NCBI GenBank assembly: GCA_950097015.1
Contig: CATNEN010000030.1
Coordinates: 1,860,001 to 1,924,000, forward strand
Source: Macrostomum hystrix
Taxonomy: Eukaryota; Animalia; Platyhelminthes
Reading direction: 5' to 3'
Length of the DNA: 64,000 nucleotides
Each line of letters begins with the position of its first letter. The stretch's first letter is position 1. Below the pieces are notes generated by a model. The model saw only the letters and a program-made list of their open reading frames with translations. It did not search any database and was not told the origin of the DNA. Made by a program: the position numbers and the translations under genes. Positions 1-11,200 of the stretch are shown here, in pieces.

Positions 1-800
1 CACCATCCCCAATTCAGCTATCCCACACCATCCCCAATTCAGCTATCCCACACCATCCCCAATCCAGCTATCCCAGACCATCCCTAATCCTCCAGCTATC
101 CCACACCATCCCTAATCCTCCAGCTATCCCACACCATCCCTAATCCTCCAGCTATCCCACACCATCCCTAATCCTCCAGCTATCCCACACCATCCCTAAT
201 CCTCCAGCTATCCCACACCATCCCTAATCCTCCAGCTATCCCACACCATCCCTAATCCTCCAGCTATCCCACACCATCCCTAATCCTCCAGCTATCCCAG
301 ACCATCCCTAATCCTCCAGCTATCCCACACCATCCCTAATCCTCCAGCTATCCCACACCATCCCTAATCTTACAGCTATCCCAGAGGACCCAGACCATCC
401 CTAATCCTCCAGCTATCCCACACCATCCCTAATCCTCCAGCTATCCCACACCATCCCTAATCTTACAGCTATCCCAGAGGACCCAGACCATCCCTAATCC
501 TCCAGCTATCCCACACCATCCCTAATCTTACAGCTATCCCAGAGGACCCAGACCATCCCTAATCCTCCAGCTATCCCATACCATCCCCAATCCAGCTATC
601 CCACACCATCCCCAACCCAGCTATCCCACAACATCCCCAACCCAGCTATCCCACACCATCCCCAACCCAGCTATCCCACAACATCCCCAACCCAGCTATC
701 CCACACCATCCCCAACCCAGCTATCCCACAACATCCCCAACCCAGCTATCCCACACCATCCCCAACCCAGCTATCCCACACCATCCCCAAACCAGCTTTC
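1..800. repeat. ~28-bp C-rich minisatellite (ccacaccatccctaatcctccagctatc) in intron upstream of the first visible LRR exon
   Basis: Tandem units read directly; array decays into the pyrimidine tract/AG acceptor at 838-839. Confidence 0.95.
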
Positions 801-839
801 CCACACCATCCCCAATCCTCCCGAATCCCCACTCCCCAG

Positions 840-1187
840 GTGACTGGACTATCAAATCTGCACACCTTGGAGCTGTCAAGAAACCGCCTGACGACGATAC
901 CTTTGGGCCTGCCGGCGCAGCTGACTCAGCTGTTTCTGAGCGGCAACCGGATTCAGCTGGTGCCCGAAGGCAGCTTTCTCAGCCTGACTCACCTGACCCG
1001 GCTGGACCTGTCGCGCAATTATTTGACCTCAGTCAGCGGCGCTTTCAACTTTGCCTGCCGAGCTCCGTCCCTGACTGAACTGGTGCTGGACCTGGCCGAA
1101 CTGGAAGTGATGAAGCGCAGAGGCCGCTTCAACGCGCCGCCGCCCGATATTCCAGCCGGTTCATCGATGGGGAAGAAAAGAAAAAAG
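840..1187 (+). CDS. LRR-TM-TIR-like receptor, LRR exon (gene continues upstream of window)
   Basis: ccccag acceptor at 839, gtgagc donor at 1188, 348 nt phase 0-0; LxxLxLxxN repeats (LHTLELSRN, LTQLFLSGN, LTRLDLSRN). Confidence 0.85.
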
Positions 1188-1339
1188 GTGAGCTTCAATC
1201 GAGAGCATGGGAGCATCGAAGCAATGTGGAAAGTGGAATTTAAGTAGCGAAAACTGACAAGCTTGAAAGGATTCGAAGCTCGAAGATTGAAATTTCTCAC
1301 GAGTTGAATTAAAAAACCGGGATTTTTTAGGCGGGACTT

Positions 1340-4300
1340 CCACAGCTTGGTGATCCGAGGCGAGTTTGGGATCTGTGGAAGTTGGGTATTTGGTGCAAAT
1401 TTGGGATCTGATTCGAATTGGGGATCTGGGGCGAGTTTGGGATCTGGGCCGAGTTTGGGATCTGATTCGAATTGGGGATCTGGGGCGAGTTTGGGATCTG
1501 GGGCGAGTTTGGGATCTGGGGCGAGTTTGTGATCTGGGGCAAGTTTGGGATCTGATTCGAATTGGGGATCTGGGGCGAGTTTGGGATCTGCGGCGAGTTT
1601 GGGATCTGATTCGAATTGGGGATCTGGGGCGAGTTGGGGATCTGATTCGAATTGGGGATCTGGGGCGAGTTGGTGATCTGATTCGAATTGTGGATCTGGG
1701 GCGAGTTGGGGATCTGATTCGAATTGTGGATCTGGGGCGACTTGGGGATCTGATTCGAATTGAGGATCTGGGGCGAGTTTGTGATCTGCGGCGAGTTTGG
1801 GATCTGATTCGAATTGGGTATCTGGGGCGAGTTGGTGATCTGATTCGAATTGTGGATCTGGGGCGAGTTTGGGATCTGGGGCGAGTTTGTGATCTGGGGC
1901 AAGTTTGGGATCTGATTCGAATTGGGGATCTGGGGCGAGTTGGGGATCTGATTCGAATTGGGGATCTGGGGCGAGTTGGGGATCTGATTCGAATTGGGGA
2001 TCTGGGGCGAGTTGGGGATCTGATTCGAATTGGGTATCTGGGGCGAGTTGGTGATCTGATTCGAATTGTGGATCTGGGGCGAGTTGGGGATCTGATTCGA
2101 ATTGAGGATCTGGGGCGAGTTTGTGATCTGCGGCGAGTTTGGGATCTGATTCGAATTGGGGATCTGGGGCGAGTTTGGGATCTGGGCCGAGTTTGGGATC
2201 TGATTCGAATTGGGGATCTGGGGCGAGTTTGGGATCTGGGGCGAGTTTGGGATCTGGGGCGAGTTTGTGATCTGGGCCGAGTTTGGGATCTGATTCGAAT
2301 TGGGGATCTGGGGCGAGTTTGGGATCTGGGGCGAGTTTGGGATCTGGGGCGAGTTTGTGATCTGGGGCAAGTTTGGGATCTGATTCGAATTGGGGATCTG
2401 GGGCGAGTTGGGGATCTGATTCGAATTGGGGATCTGGGGCGAGTTGGGGATCTGATTCGAATTGGGGATCTGGGGCGAGTTTGTGATCTGCGGCGAGTTT
2501 GGGATCTGATTCGAATTGGGGATCTGGGGCGAGTTTGGGATCTGCGGCGAGTTTGGGATCTGATTCGAATTGGGGATCTGGGGCGAGTTTGTGATCTGGG
2601 GCGAGTTGTGATCTGATTCGATTGGGATCTGATTCGAATTGGGATCTGGGCGAGTTTGGATCTGGGGCGAGTTTGGGATCTGATTCGAATTGGGGATCTG
2701 GGGCGAGTTGGGGATCTGATTCGAATTGGGGATCTGGGGCGAGTTTGTGATCTGATTCGAATTGGGGATCTGGGGCGAGTTTGTGATCTGATTCGAATTG
2801 GGGATCTGGGGCGAGTTTGTGATCTGATTCGAATTGGGGATCTGGGGCGAGTTTGTGATCTGGGGCAAGTTTGGGATCTGATTCGAATTGGGGATCTGGG
2901 GCGAGTTGGGGATCTGATTCGAATTGGGGATCTGGGGCGAGTTGGTGATCTGATTCGAATTGTGGATCTGGGGCGAGTTGGGGATCTGATTCGAATTGGG
3001 TATCTGGGGCGAGTTGGTGATCTGATTCGAATTGTGGATCTGGGGCGAGTTGGGGATCTGATTCGAATTGAGGATCTGGGGCGAGTTTGTGATCTGCGGC
3101 GAGTTTGGGATCTGATTCGAATTGGGGATCTGGGGCGAGTTTGGGATCTGGGCCGAGTTTGGGATCTGATTCGAATTGGGGATCTGGGGCGAGTTTGGGA
3201 TCTGGGGCGAGTTTGGGATCTGGGGCGAGTTTGTGATCTGGGGCAAGTTTGGGATCTGATTCGAATTGGGGATCTGGGGCGAGTTTGGGATCTGCGGCGA
3301 GTTTGGGATCTGATTCGAATTGGGGATCTGGGGCGAGTTGGGGATCTGATTCGAATTGGGGATCTGGGGCGAGTTGGGTGATCTGATTCGAATTGGTGGA
3401 TCTGGGGCGAGTTGGGGATCTGATTCGAATTGTGGATCTGGGGCGAGTTGGGGATCTGATTCGAATTGAGGATCTGGGGCGAGTTTGTGATCTGCGGCGA
3501 GTTTGGGATCTGATTCGAATTGGGGATCTGGGGCGAGTTTGGGATCTGGGCCGAGTTTGGGATCTGATTCGAATTGGGGATCTGGGGCGAGTTTGGGATC
3601 TGGGGCGAGTTTGGGATCTGGGGCGAGTTTGGATCTGATCGAATTGGATCTGGGGCAAGTTTGGGATCTGATTCGAATTGGGGATCTGGGGCGAGTTTGG
3701 GATCTGCGGCGAGTTTGGGATCTGATTCGAATTGGGGATCTGGGGCGAGTTGGGGATCTGATTCGAATTGGGGATCTGGGGCGAGTTGGTGATCTGATTC
3801 GAATTGTGGATCTGGGGCGAGTTGGGGATCTGATTCGAATTGTGGATCTGGGGCGAGTTGGGGATCTGATTCGAATTGAGGATCTGGGGCGAGTTTGTGA
3901 TCTGCGGCGAGTTTGGGATCTGATTCGAATTGGGGATCTGGGGCGAGTTTGTGATCTGCGGCGAGTTTGGGATCTGATTCGAATTGGGGATCTGGGGCGA
4001 GTTTGTGATCTGGGGCGAGTTTGTGATCTGATTCGAATTGGGGATCTGGGGCGAGTTTGTGATCTGATTCGAATTGTGGATCTGGGGCGAGTTGGGGATC
4101 TGATTCGAATTGGGGATCTGGGGCGAGTTTGTGATCTGATTCGAATTGGGGATCTGGGGCGAGTTTGTGATCTGATTCGAATTGGGGATCTGGGGCGAGT
4201 TTGTGATCTGATTCGAATTGGGGATCTGGGGCGAGTTTGTGATCTGATTCGAATTGGGGATCTGGGGCGAGTTTGTTATCTCGGGCGAGTTTGTGATTTG

Positions 4301-4500
4301 ATTCGAATTGGGGATCTGCGGCGAGTTTGTGATCTGGGGCGAGTTTGTGATCTGGGGCGAGTTTGTGATCTGGGGCGAGTTTGTGATCTGCGGCGAGTTT
4401 GTGATCTGGGGTGAGTTTGTGATCTGCGGCGAGTTTGGGATCTGGGGTGAGTTTGTGATCTGCGGCGAGTTTGGGATCTGGTTCAAGTTGGGGATCTGGG
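1340..4500. repeat. 18-bp two-unit minisatellite (ggggcgagtttgggatct / gattcgaattggggatct), intronic
   Basis: Two 18-mers sharing the ggatct end alternate irregularly; explains the 600-1190 aa ORFs. Confidence 0.95.
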
Positions 4501-4615
4501 AGAATTAAGTAATCTATTATAACTGAGGATCTGAGGGAATCGGGGATCAGGTTAAATGAGGATCTGAGGCGTGAAACCCGTATCTTGCTAACCAAGTAAA
4601 ATCGCTCACCGCTAG

Positions 4616-4896
4616 GCCCTGCTGGAGTACACATCCACCCTTCTGGACTCCATGCGAGCCTCCTGTGCCAGCGACCCCCTGCCGGTCTTGCAGCCGGCTC
4701 CCCCAGATCCACCGGCTGGCGCAGAAGAGCCGCAGTCACTTCGGGACGCCCAGAGACTCGACGACTCGACTGCCCTCGCCAGCCTAGGCGATGCGGGTGG
4801 GGGCGGCCGGATGTCTGCAGTCGGAATTGTTTTAATCATCGTCGGCATCGTTGCGCCCGCGGTGGCGGTCATTGTCGGGTGCAAGTACAGGCGCAG
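4616..4896 (+). CDS. LRR receptor, juxtamembrane + transmembrane exon
   Basis: gctag acceptor at 4615, gttaga donor at 4897; AVGIVLIIVGIVAPAVAVIVGC followed by KYRRR stop-transfer. Confidence 0.8.
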
Positions 4897-4946
4897 GTTA
4901 GATAATTCTGAAGCTTTTGCGAATTGCACAGCTTTAACTTGGCTCC

Positions 4947-5460
4947 TATCCCTTCAGTTATCCCATAGTTTAATCCCTATTCCTTCAGTTATCCCATAGT
5001 TTAATCCCTATTCCTTCAGTTATCCCATAGTTTTATCCCTATTCCTTCAGTTATCCCATAGTTTTATCCCTATTCCTTCAGTTATCCCATAGTTTTATCC
5101 CTATTCCTTCAGTTATCCCATAGTTTTATCCCTATTCCTTCAGTTATCCCAGAGTTTTATCACTACTCCTTCAGTTATCCCATAGTTTAATCCCTACTCC
5201 TTCAGTTATCCCATAGTTTAATCCCTACTCCTTCAGTTATCCCATAGTTTAATCCCTACTCCTTCAGTTATCCCATAGTTTAATCCCTACTCCTTCAGTT
5301 ATCCCATAGTTTAATCCCTACTCCTTCAGTTATCCCATAGTTTAATCCCTACTCCTTCAGTTATCCCATAGTTTTATCCCTACTCCTTCAGCTATCCCAT
5401 AGTTTAATCCCTAGTCCTTCAGTTATCCCAGAGTTTTATCCCTATTCCTTCAGTTATCCA
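4947..5460. repeat. 31-bp minisatellite (ccttcagttatcccatagtttaatccctatt), intronic
   Basis: About 16 tandem units. Confidence 0.95.
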
Positions 5461-5524
5461 ACTTTTAGCCTGGCAAAACTGGCAATGCACCGCATTTACA
5501 CAATCGATCCGTTGGCGTGTCCAG

Positions 5525-5743
5525 GTTTCGCTGCTACCGATCTTTGCGAGGTACGAACAGTGCCTCTGCAGCAGCAGCCGTAGCAGCTTCCAACCGCAGC
5601 AGGCAGGCGGCCAATAGTCGGGACACTCTGGTGACCAACAATCATTCGAATCGAACCTACGAGCATATCGGTGGTTCGTTTGAGATGAGATCTGTACTGC
5701 AGCAGCAGCAGCTGCAGCAGCAGCAGCAGCCAGAAGTTCCAGG
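5525..5743 (+). CDS. LRR receptor, cytoplasmic linker exon (YEHI motif, polyQ)
   Basis: Acceptor at 5524 completes AG|G Arg codon; donor gtgtgt at 5744 (phase 2) matches acceptor at 6414. The frame also stops at 5774, so a short isoform is possible. Confidence 0.65.
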
Positions 5744-6058
5744 GTGTGTACTTTTAGTTTGTGCACCAAATTGAGCTTGTATCTCAGTGGTCAGAGCTTT
5801 TGACTTCTGACCGAGAGGTCAGCTGGGGTAGAAATTATGGTCAGTCCAAGGGCTGAACAGTTGTACACAGCTTTGGACGCGCCGCACAATAGCTGCGGCA
5901 GTGCCGCTTGCTGTACACCTGGACTAACTAGGCTAGTTAATATTTTTATCTTTTATTATCGAATCTTTTGCGCCAATTTTTTAACCTGAAACTTTTTCGC
6001 AAGACCCGCTTCCTAGACTCTGGTATAGACCTTTGAACCAATTTTAAACCTCTTATAA

Positions 6059-6365
6059 CACTTTGATAAGAGCCGCCACCCACTTCTTAGACTCTGGAAC
6101 ACTTTGATAAGAGCCGCCACCCACTTCTTAGACTCTGGAACACTTTGATAAGAGCCGCCACCCACTTCTTAGACTCTGGAACACTTTGATAAGAGCCGCC
6201 ACCCACTTCTTAGACTCTGGAACACTTTGACAAGAGCCGCCACCCACTTCTTAGACTCTGGAACACTTTGACAAGAGCCGCCACCCACTTCTTAGACTCT
6301 GGAACACTTTGACAAGAGCCGCCACCCACTTCTTAGACTCTGGAACACTTTGATAAGAGCCGCCA
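6059..6365. repeat. 41-bp minisatellite (ctttgataagagccgccacccacttcttagactctggaaca), intronic
   Basis: About 7 units. Confidence 0.95.
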
Positions 6366-6414
6366 GCCAATCCAGGCTAGCCAAAATTTCCAAGCCATCT
6401 GCTCTCTTTGCCAG

Positions 6415-6691
6415 GTCTAATCCCAATGACGAGCGAGTTCAAAGCCCGATGTCCCGCTCAGAATCGCAAGAATCCTTCGAAGAAGACGAGATGGCGGAGG
6501 CTGAAGCGCTTCGCCTTCCTCGGGCGGAGGGCGGCATTCGCAGGAGCGCCTCACTGTGCAGTATTCGACGAATGGCACTGCTGATTGGCCTGTCCGCGGA
6601 GCTATATTTCACCGACAAATTGAACGAGGATTATGACAACATAGCTTCTAACTTTATTTTTGTGAACGAGGCCACCTGCCAAACTCTGCCT
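6415..6691 (+). CDS. LRR receptor, acidic linker + N-half of TIR-like domain
   Basis: gctctctttgccag acceptor, phase-compatible (GG|G); gtgagg donor at 6692, phase 0; ...RMALLIGLSAELYFTDKLNEDYDNIASNFIFVNEATCQTLP. Confidence 0.7.
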
Positions 6692-6699
6692 GTGAGGCT

Positions 6700-7337
6700 T
6701 GACTCTATCTTACCAGACATGACTCTATCTTACCAGACATGACACTGCCTCACCAGACATGACACTGCCTCACCAGACATGACACTATCTTACCAGACAT
6801 GACACTATCTCACCAGACATGACACTGCCTCACCAGACATGACACTATCTTACCAGACATGACACTATCTTACCAGACATGACTCTATCTCACCAGACAT
6901 GACACTGCCTCACCAGACATGACACTATCTTACCAGACATGACACTATCTCACCAGACATGACACTATCTCACCAGACATGACACTATCTCACCAGACAT
7001 GACACTATCTTACCAGACATGACTCTATCTCACCAGACATGACACTGCCTCACCAGACATGACACTGCCTCACCAGACATGACACTGCCTCACCAGACAT
7101 GACACTGCCTCACCAGACATGACACTATCTCACCAGACATGACACTATCTTACCAGACATGACACTATCTCACCAGACATGACACTATCTTACCAGACAT
7201 GACACTATCTCACCAGACATGACACTATCTCACCAGACATGACACTATCTTACCAGACATGACACTATCTCACCAGACATGACACTATCTTACCAGACAT
7301 GACACTGCCTCACCAGACATGACACTATCTTACCAGT
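6700..7337. repeat. 20-bp minisatellite (gacactatcttaccagacat), intronic
   Basis: About 31 units starting ~10 nt after the donor. Confidence 0.95.
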
Positions 7338-7380
7338 TGGCAAATTCATTCCAGTTCTCAATCTTAACTAAACATTGCAG

Positions 7381-7656
7381 GACTTGTCGTCCGTGCAAAC
7401 CGTATTTGTCATGCTGAGCGAACACCTGCTGGATAACTCCGAACTTCTTAATTTGCTAAGAACGCTATTGAAAGATTCGGGCGTCAAAGAAAAGACAAAA
7501 ATAATCTGCAATATCGAGAACGACACCCCGGAATTCGGCGGTCGCTTGAGCTCCGCTTGCCCAATTCTGCACAGGATTTATTTGAAATATCGGATTCGCC
7601 TGATTCCATGGAAGACGTCGGAAAGGTCACTCCGTGCGCTAGCCATGTGCATCTGA
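7381..7656 (+). CDS. LRR receptor, terminal exon: C-half of TIR-like domain
   Basis: ctaaacattgcag acceptor, phase 0; VQTVFVMLSEHLL / KIICNIE / CPILHRIYLKYRIRLIPW resemble TIR betaC, betaD and alphaD-betaE; stop TGA. Confidence 0.65.
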   Translation, partial: DLSSVQTVFVMLSEHLLDNSELLNLLRTLLKDSGVKEKTKIICNIENDTPEFGGRLSSACPILHRIYLKYRIRLIPWKTSERSLRALAMCI

Positions 7657-7688
7657 TTGAAAGTTCTTGTCTGAAAACTATCAGAGTA

Positions 7689-7850
7689 GGGGGGTGAGTA
7701 GCAGAGCGGTCCAGCGCGTTTGCATTCCGCACCAAGGTCCTTGAGCTCGATTCCGCGTGAGATTGTACAGTGCCTGACGATGAGTCAGGGCAGATGTATA
7801 CACCCCTGTGTGCGTGTGGCTCGAGAGTCAGCGGAATGAGCTGCGTGCCT
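7689..7850 (+). mobile_element. tRNA-derived SINE family A, copy 1 (internally deleted), just 3' of the LRR gene stop
   Basis: Head ggggtgagtagcagagcggt (A-box-like) ... gagctcgattcc (B-box-like); body shared with copies at 10188, 11870, 51235. Confidence 0.7.
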
Positions 7851-8884
7851 ACTGTCACTAAATCATGTGCAAGTGCCCACGGCAAATATTGTGCAAATAA
7901 TTGTGCATATTTTCTCAATAGGCAAATATCAATCATATTAGTTTAATAGTTCTGTCTGACAGCTTTTGTCAGTTGTTCATATAGTGAATTATCGAGCTTC
8001 TGTAATCGTTTAATGAAAATACATCCGCAGTTTGTTGAATCGTAAGGCAGATTAAGTATTTGTTTGCTATTCTTATAATCCCTCCGACACCTCGCTAGTT
8101 TTTTGTTTTAACGGATTTTTCTTAACAATTTTTTACTAATTTTTCCTAACCTAAAATCATAACAATTAGGATTTTTCACTTGTTTATTTTAGCACTTGGC
8201 AAATAACAATTTGGCAAATTTAACAATTTGACCTCTAGAATTCATTTATATTTATTTATATTTCATCTTCACTATTTTTATTTTTGCGAAGTCCAACAAA
8301 ATTCATTTTAATTTAATTACTTTAGTCCTCATACAGGTATCTAGAAGGCTCACTGATTTCTCGTCTCAAGTGCATTGATGTTCTATGTTAAAGTACAAGC
8401 TGAAATCATGTGTGCACTTATCTAAATTCCGATAATCAAAGTGTTGCATTAAAGATTTAATAAAGCATATGGCTTCATAATTAACTTTTACTTTATAAAC
8501 TTCATAATTAACTTTAAACTACTATTTGAAATACTTTTGATATTCAAATGCAAGGACAGATACGATTTCACGCATAATAATCACAAATCGTAGATAATCG
8601 CATATCGCATGAATAAGATAAAAGAAAACTCATAGTTTAAAAAAGAACGCGTAGAATTACAAAAATTGTTACGCTAAAGAATACATTCAAGTCCATAAGG
8701 CGGAAAAGAAGAATCAACAAAACTTGTGTTTATAAACAGTACAATTTTGTTACTTCGCGCTTTCGCGTCAGAAGCACGATTCAGTTTCTTTTTTTTCATG
8801 CAATTTAGAAATACTAGTTTTGTCCGTAAAGTAGCGAAAGTCACTTGTCTGATATCTCTTGTATTCACAGATTCAATAAATAAA

Positions 8885-9047
8885 ACACATAAAATCTTTA
8901 AAATGAAGACTTTTAATAATTGTTAAGTTTTAGCACTTGCAAGCGATTAAATGAAAACAGCAAAATAAATAACTAAAATAAAATTTGCAAAACCATATTC
9001 TTTAAAAAAAGACAACGATTTTTTTCTTAAGCGAATGGTCTTAACAA
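8885..9047. repeat. AT-rich repeat, left arm of an inverted pair with 11025-11200
   Basis: ttttttcttaagcgaatggtcttaacaa is the exact reverse complement of 11025-11052; similarity continues ~160 bp. Confidence 0.8.
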
Positions 9048-9756
9048 GGTTTAGATTTTAGCTTACCTATATTATTCAATAAATCGTAAAGTATGAAGAA
9101 CATTTAGTACAAGGAACAATCAAACAAAACAAACGGCAATTAAATTATTATGGAAAAATAAATTATAGCGCACTATTCGAAGCCACGTAAAATAAAGTTT
9201 ACCTATAGTAGATTAAGTTGATTATATTATCTCTACACGACTCTAGTTATGTAGGATCTACAGATTATTGTTTAAACTATTATTAACTTTGCATTCACTT
9301 TTATTTTCCATTTAACAGACAAGGGACGGTGTATCGGTCATTTTGCTTAGCTTTTTATTTCCATTATTCTCAAATACAAGAAATATTTGTGACAAGCTAT
9401 TAGCTAATCATATCTATCTTAAAAAGAACTGCATATTACTTTGAATATTCAATTACATAAGCAAATGCTGTAATAGGTAACGATGAAAATCTCTTCTAAA
9501 GGTCTATTACATTATTTTTGTAATTCTTGCTTCACTCGAATAAAATGATAAATATTTGAATATTTAAATTCTACTATAATAAAAATATGAATTTTATGAA
9601 TTATTACAATTACAAAAATACTATGCTTTTATAATATTTTTTCGCTTGGACTCTTTGTGCGTTAAAATTTCAAAGCGTGAATCAATATATTAACTTATAT
9701 GCATTAAAAATGAAAATTTCAGCCTCTGCATTAGAAAACTTTTTAAACAGGACGAC

Positions 9757-10095
9757 ATGAGCCAGCAGCCGCCGCCACCTCCGCCTTACGGATTCGCCCT
9801 GCAGGGCTATCCCATGGCTGACCAGACTGGTGGCTACAATGCTCTCTCGCCTGAGCAGCAGCAGTTGCAGCAGCAGCAGTTTGAGCAACAGCAGCAGCAG
9901 TTCATGCAGAATCAGCAGCAGCCAGTCACGGCCAGTGTCAACCAACAGCAGTCGCAGCCTCCGCCCTACGGTCTGGCGCCCACAGGCGGCGGCTACGGCT
10001 ACGGCTACGGCATGATGCAGGGCTACCCAATTCAGGGCGCAGTGGCGGGCGGCAGCACTTATTATTATCAACAGGGCTACGGGCAGCAGCCGCAG
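9757..10095 (+). CDS. P/Q/G/Y-rich low-complexity protein, exon 1
   Basis: ATG 6 nt after ttttaaacag acceptor; 113 codons; gtattt donor, phase 0. Confidence 0.7.
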
Positions 10096-10187
10096 GTATT
10101 TCAAAATGTGTTTACTTTTTTTCAAACGGTTAAATATTTAAGGATTCGAGGAGGCAGCAAAATGATGTACTTTTTGAGAGGCTCAAA

Positions 10188-10530
10188 GGGGGTGAGTAGC
10201 TGAGCGGTTAACGCGTTTGCCTCTCGCATCAAGGTCCCTGAGGCCACATTAATTTGGGGCGCAGCCGCCGGAGAGAAGACTTGGGGGGCTTGTCGTGCAA
10301 TATTTACGCCTTTGAGTGCCAACCTCCAAGACACAGTGACAGTGCCTGACGATGAGAAATTCACTGCAGATGTACACACCTGTGTGTGTGTGCCTGCGGA
10401 CAGTATCTGTGTGCGTGTGTGCTCAGGAGTCAGTGAAATGGGCAGAATTGCCTCTCTCTGGCTGCGGGTCAAGTGTCACCAAGTGATTTGCGATGGCCGC
10501 AGCCCATCTGTAATTATTAATATTATTATT
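10188..10530 (+). mobile_element. tRNA-derived SINE family A, copy 2 (most complete, (ATT)n-like tail), intronic
   Basis: Same head (ggggtgagtagctgagcggttaacgcgtttgcc) and body as the other copies. Confidence 0.75.
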
Positions 10531-10564
10531 GACAAGCTTAAAATAATAACTGTTCCAACAGCAG

Positions 10565-10894
10565 GTCGGCTTCGGGCAGTTCGGCCAGCAGCCGCAACAG
10601 CAACCGGCGGCGGCTCCGACTCAACAGCCACCAAGTCGACCGCCGCCACCAGTGCAGCCGCCGACGCAGACTGCACTGCAGGCTCCAAGTCGGCCGCCGC
10701 CTCCACGATCACCAGCAGCGGCTCATCCGTCGACAAAGCCGCGAGCTCCGCAGCCGCCGCAACAGTCGACTCCTCAGTCTTCAGCTTCAACTGGCGGAGC
10801 CTGCGACAGCGCGCGCAAGGAGGCGGCTCTGGACGAACTGGAGCGGCTGATGAGTGCGGATGTGGATTTGAGCAAGTTCAAGAGGGATGGCTGA
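10565..10894 (+). CDS. P/Q/G/Y-rich protein, exon 2 (ends ...ALDELERLMSADVDLSKFKRDG*)
   Basis: NAGNAG acceptor (10562/10565) in frame with exon 1; stop TGA. Confidence 0.7.
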   Translation, partial: VGFGQFGQQPQQQPAAAPTQQPPSRPPPPVQPPTQTALQAPSRPPPPRSPAAAHPSTKPRAPQPPQQSTPQSSASTGGACDSARKEAALDELERLMSADVDLSKFKRDG

Positions 10895-11024
10895 TCGGAG
10901 CACAGCTCGGCTGCACCGCAACATTCCGTCATTAAAGTTTTTAGATATTCAGGGAGGAGCAGCGGTAAAGTCTGTTTCACACTGACAGCTTACTCAAATA
11001 TAACTCAAAGGTAATATATAAGCG

Positions 11025-11200
11025 TTGTTAAGACCATTCGCTTAAGAAAAAATCTTTGTACTTTTTTAGAAGGATATGATGTTGCAAATGTACATTTAGT
11101 TTTTCTTTTTGCTGTTTTCATCTAACTGCTTGCAGGTGCTAAAACTCAACATTTAAAAAATTCTGCTGAATTTGTCTTTATTTTGAAGATTTTTATATGT
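11025..11200. repeat. AT-rich repeat, right arm of the inverted pair with 8885-9047
   Basis: Reverse-complement similarity, see left arm. Confidence 0.8.

Noticed and set aside
1019-4739. 600-1190 aa ORFs (QIPNSP/DPQFES/RSQTRP) and similar ORFs over other arrays
   Set aside because: Translations of tandem arrays lying in introns of spliced genes; multiple frames and strands open; no unique sequence.
8674-8926. Short ORFs in AT-rich intergenic DNA (also 46897, 48575, 48981, 56315)
   Set aside because: AT-biased composition unlike the GC-rich true exons; no motifs or splice support.
10340-10372. CTGACGATGAGAAATTC in SINE A as a hammerhead
   Set aside because: No stem II between the boxes; GAAA not conserved in the other copies.
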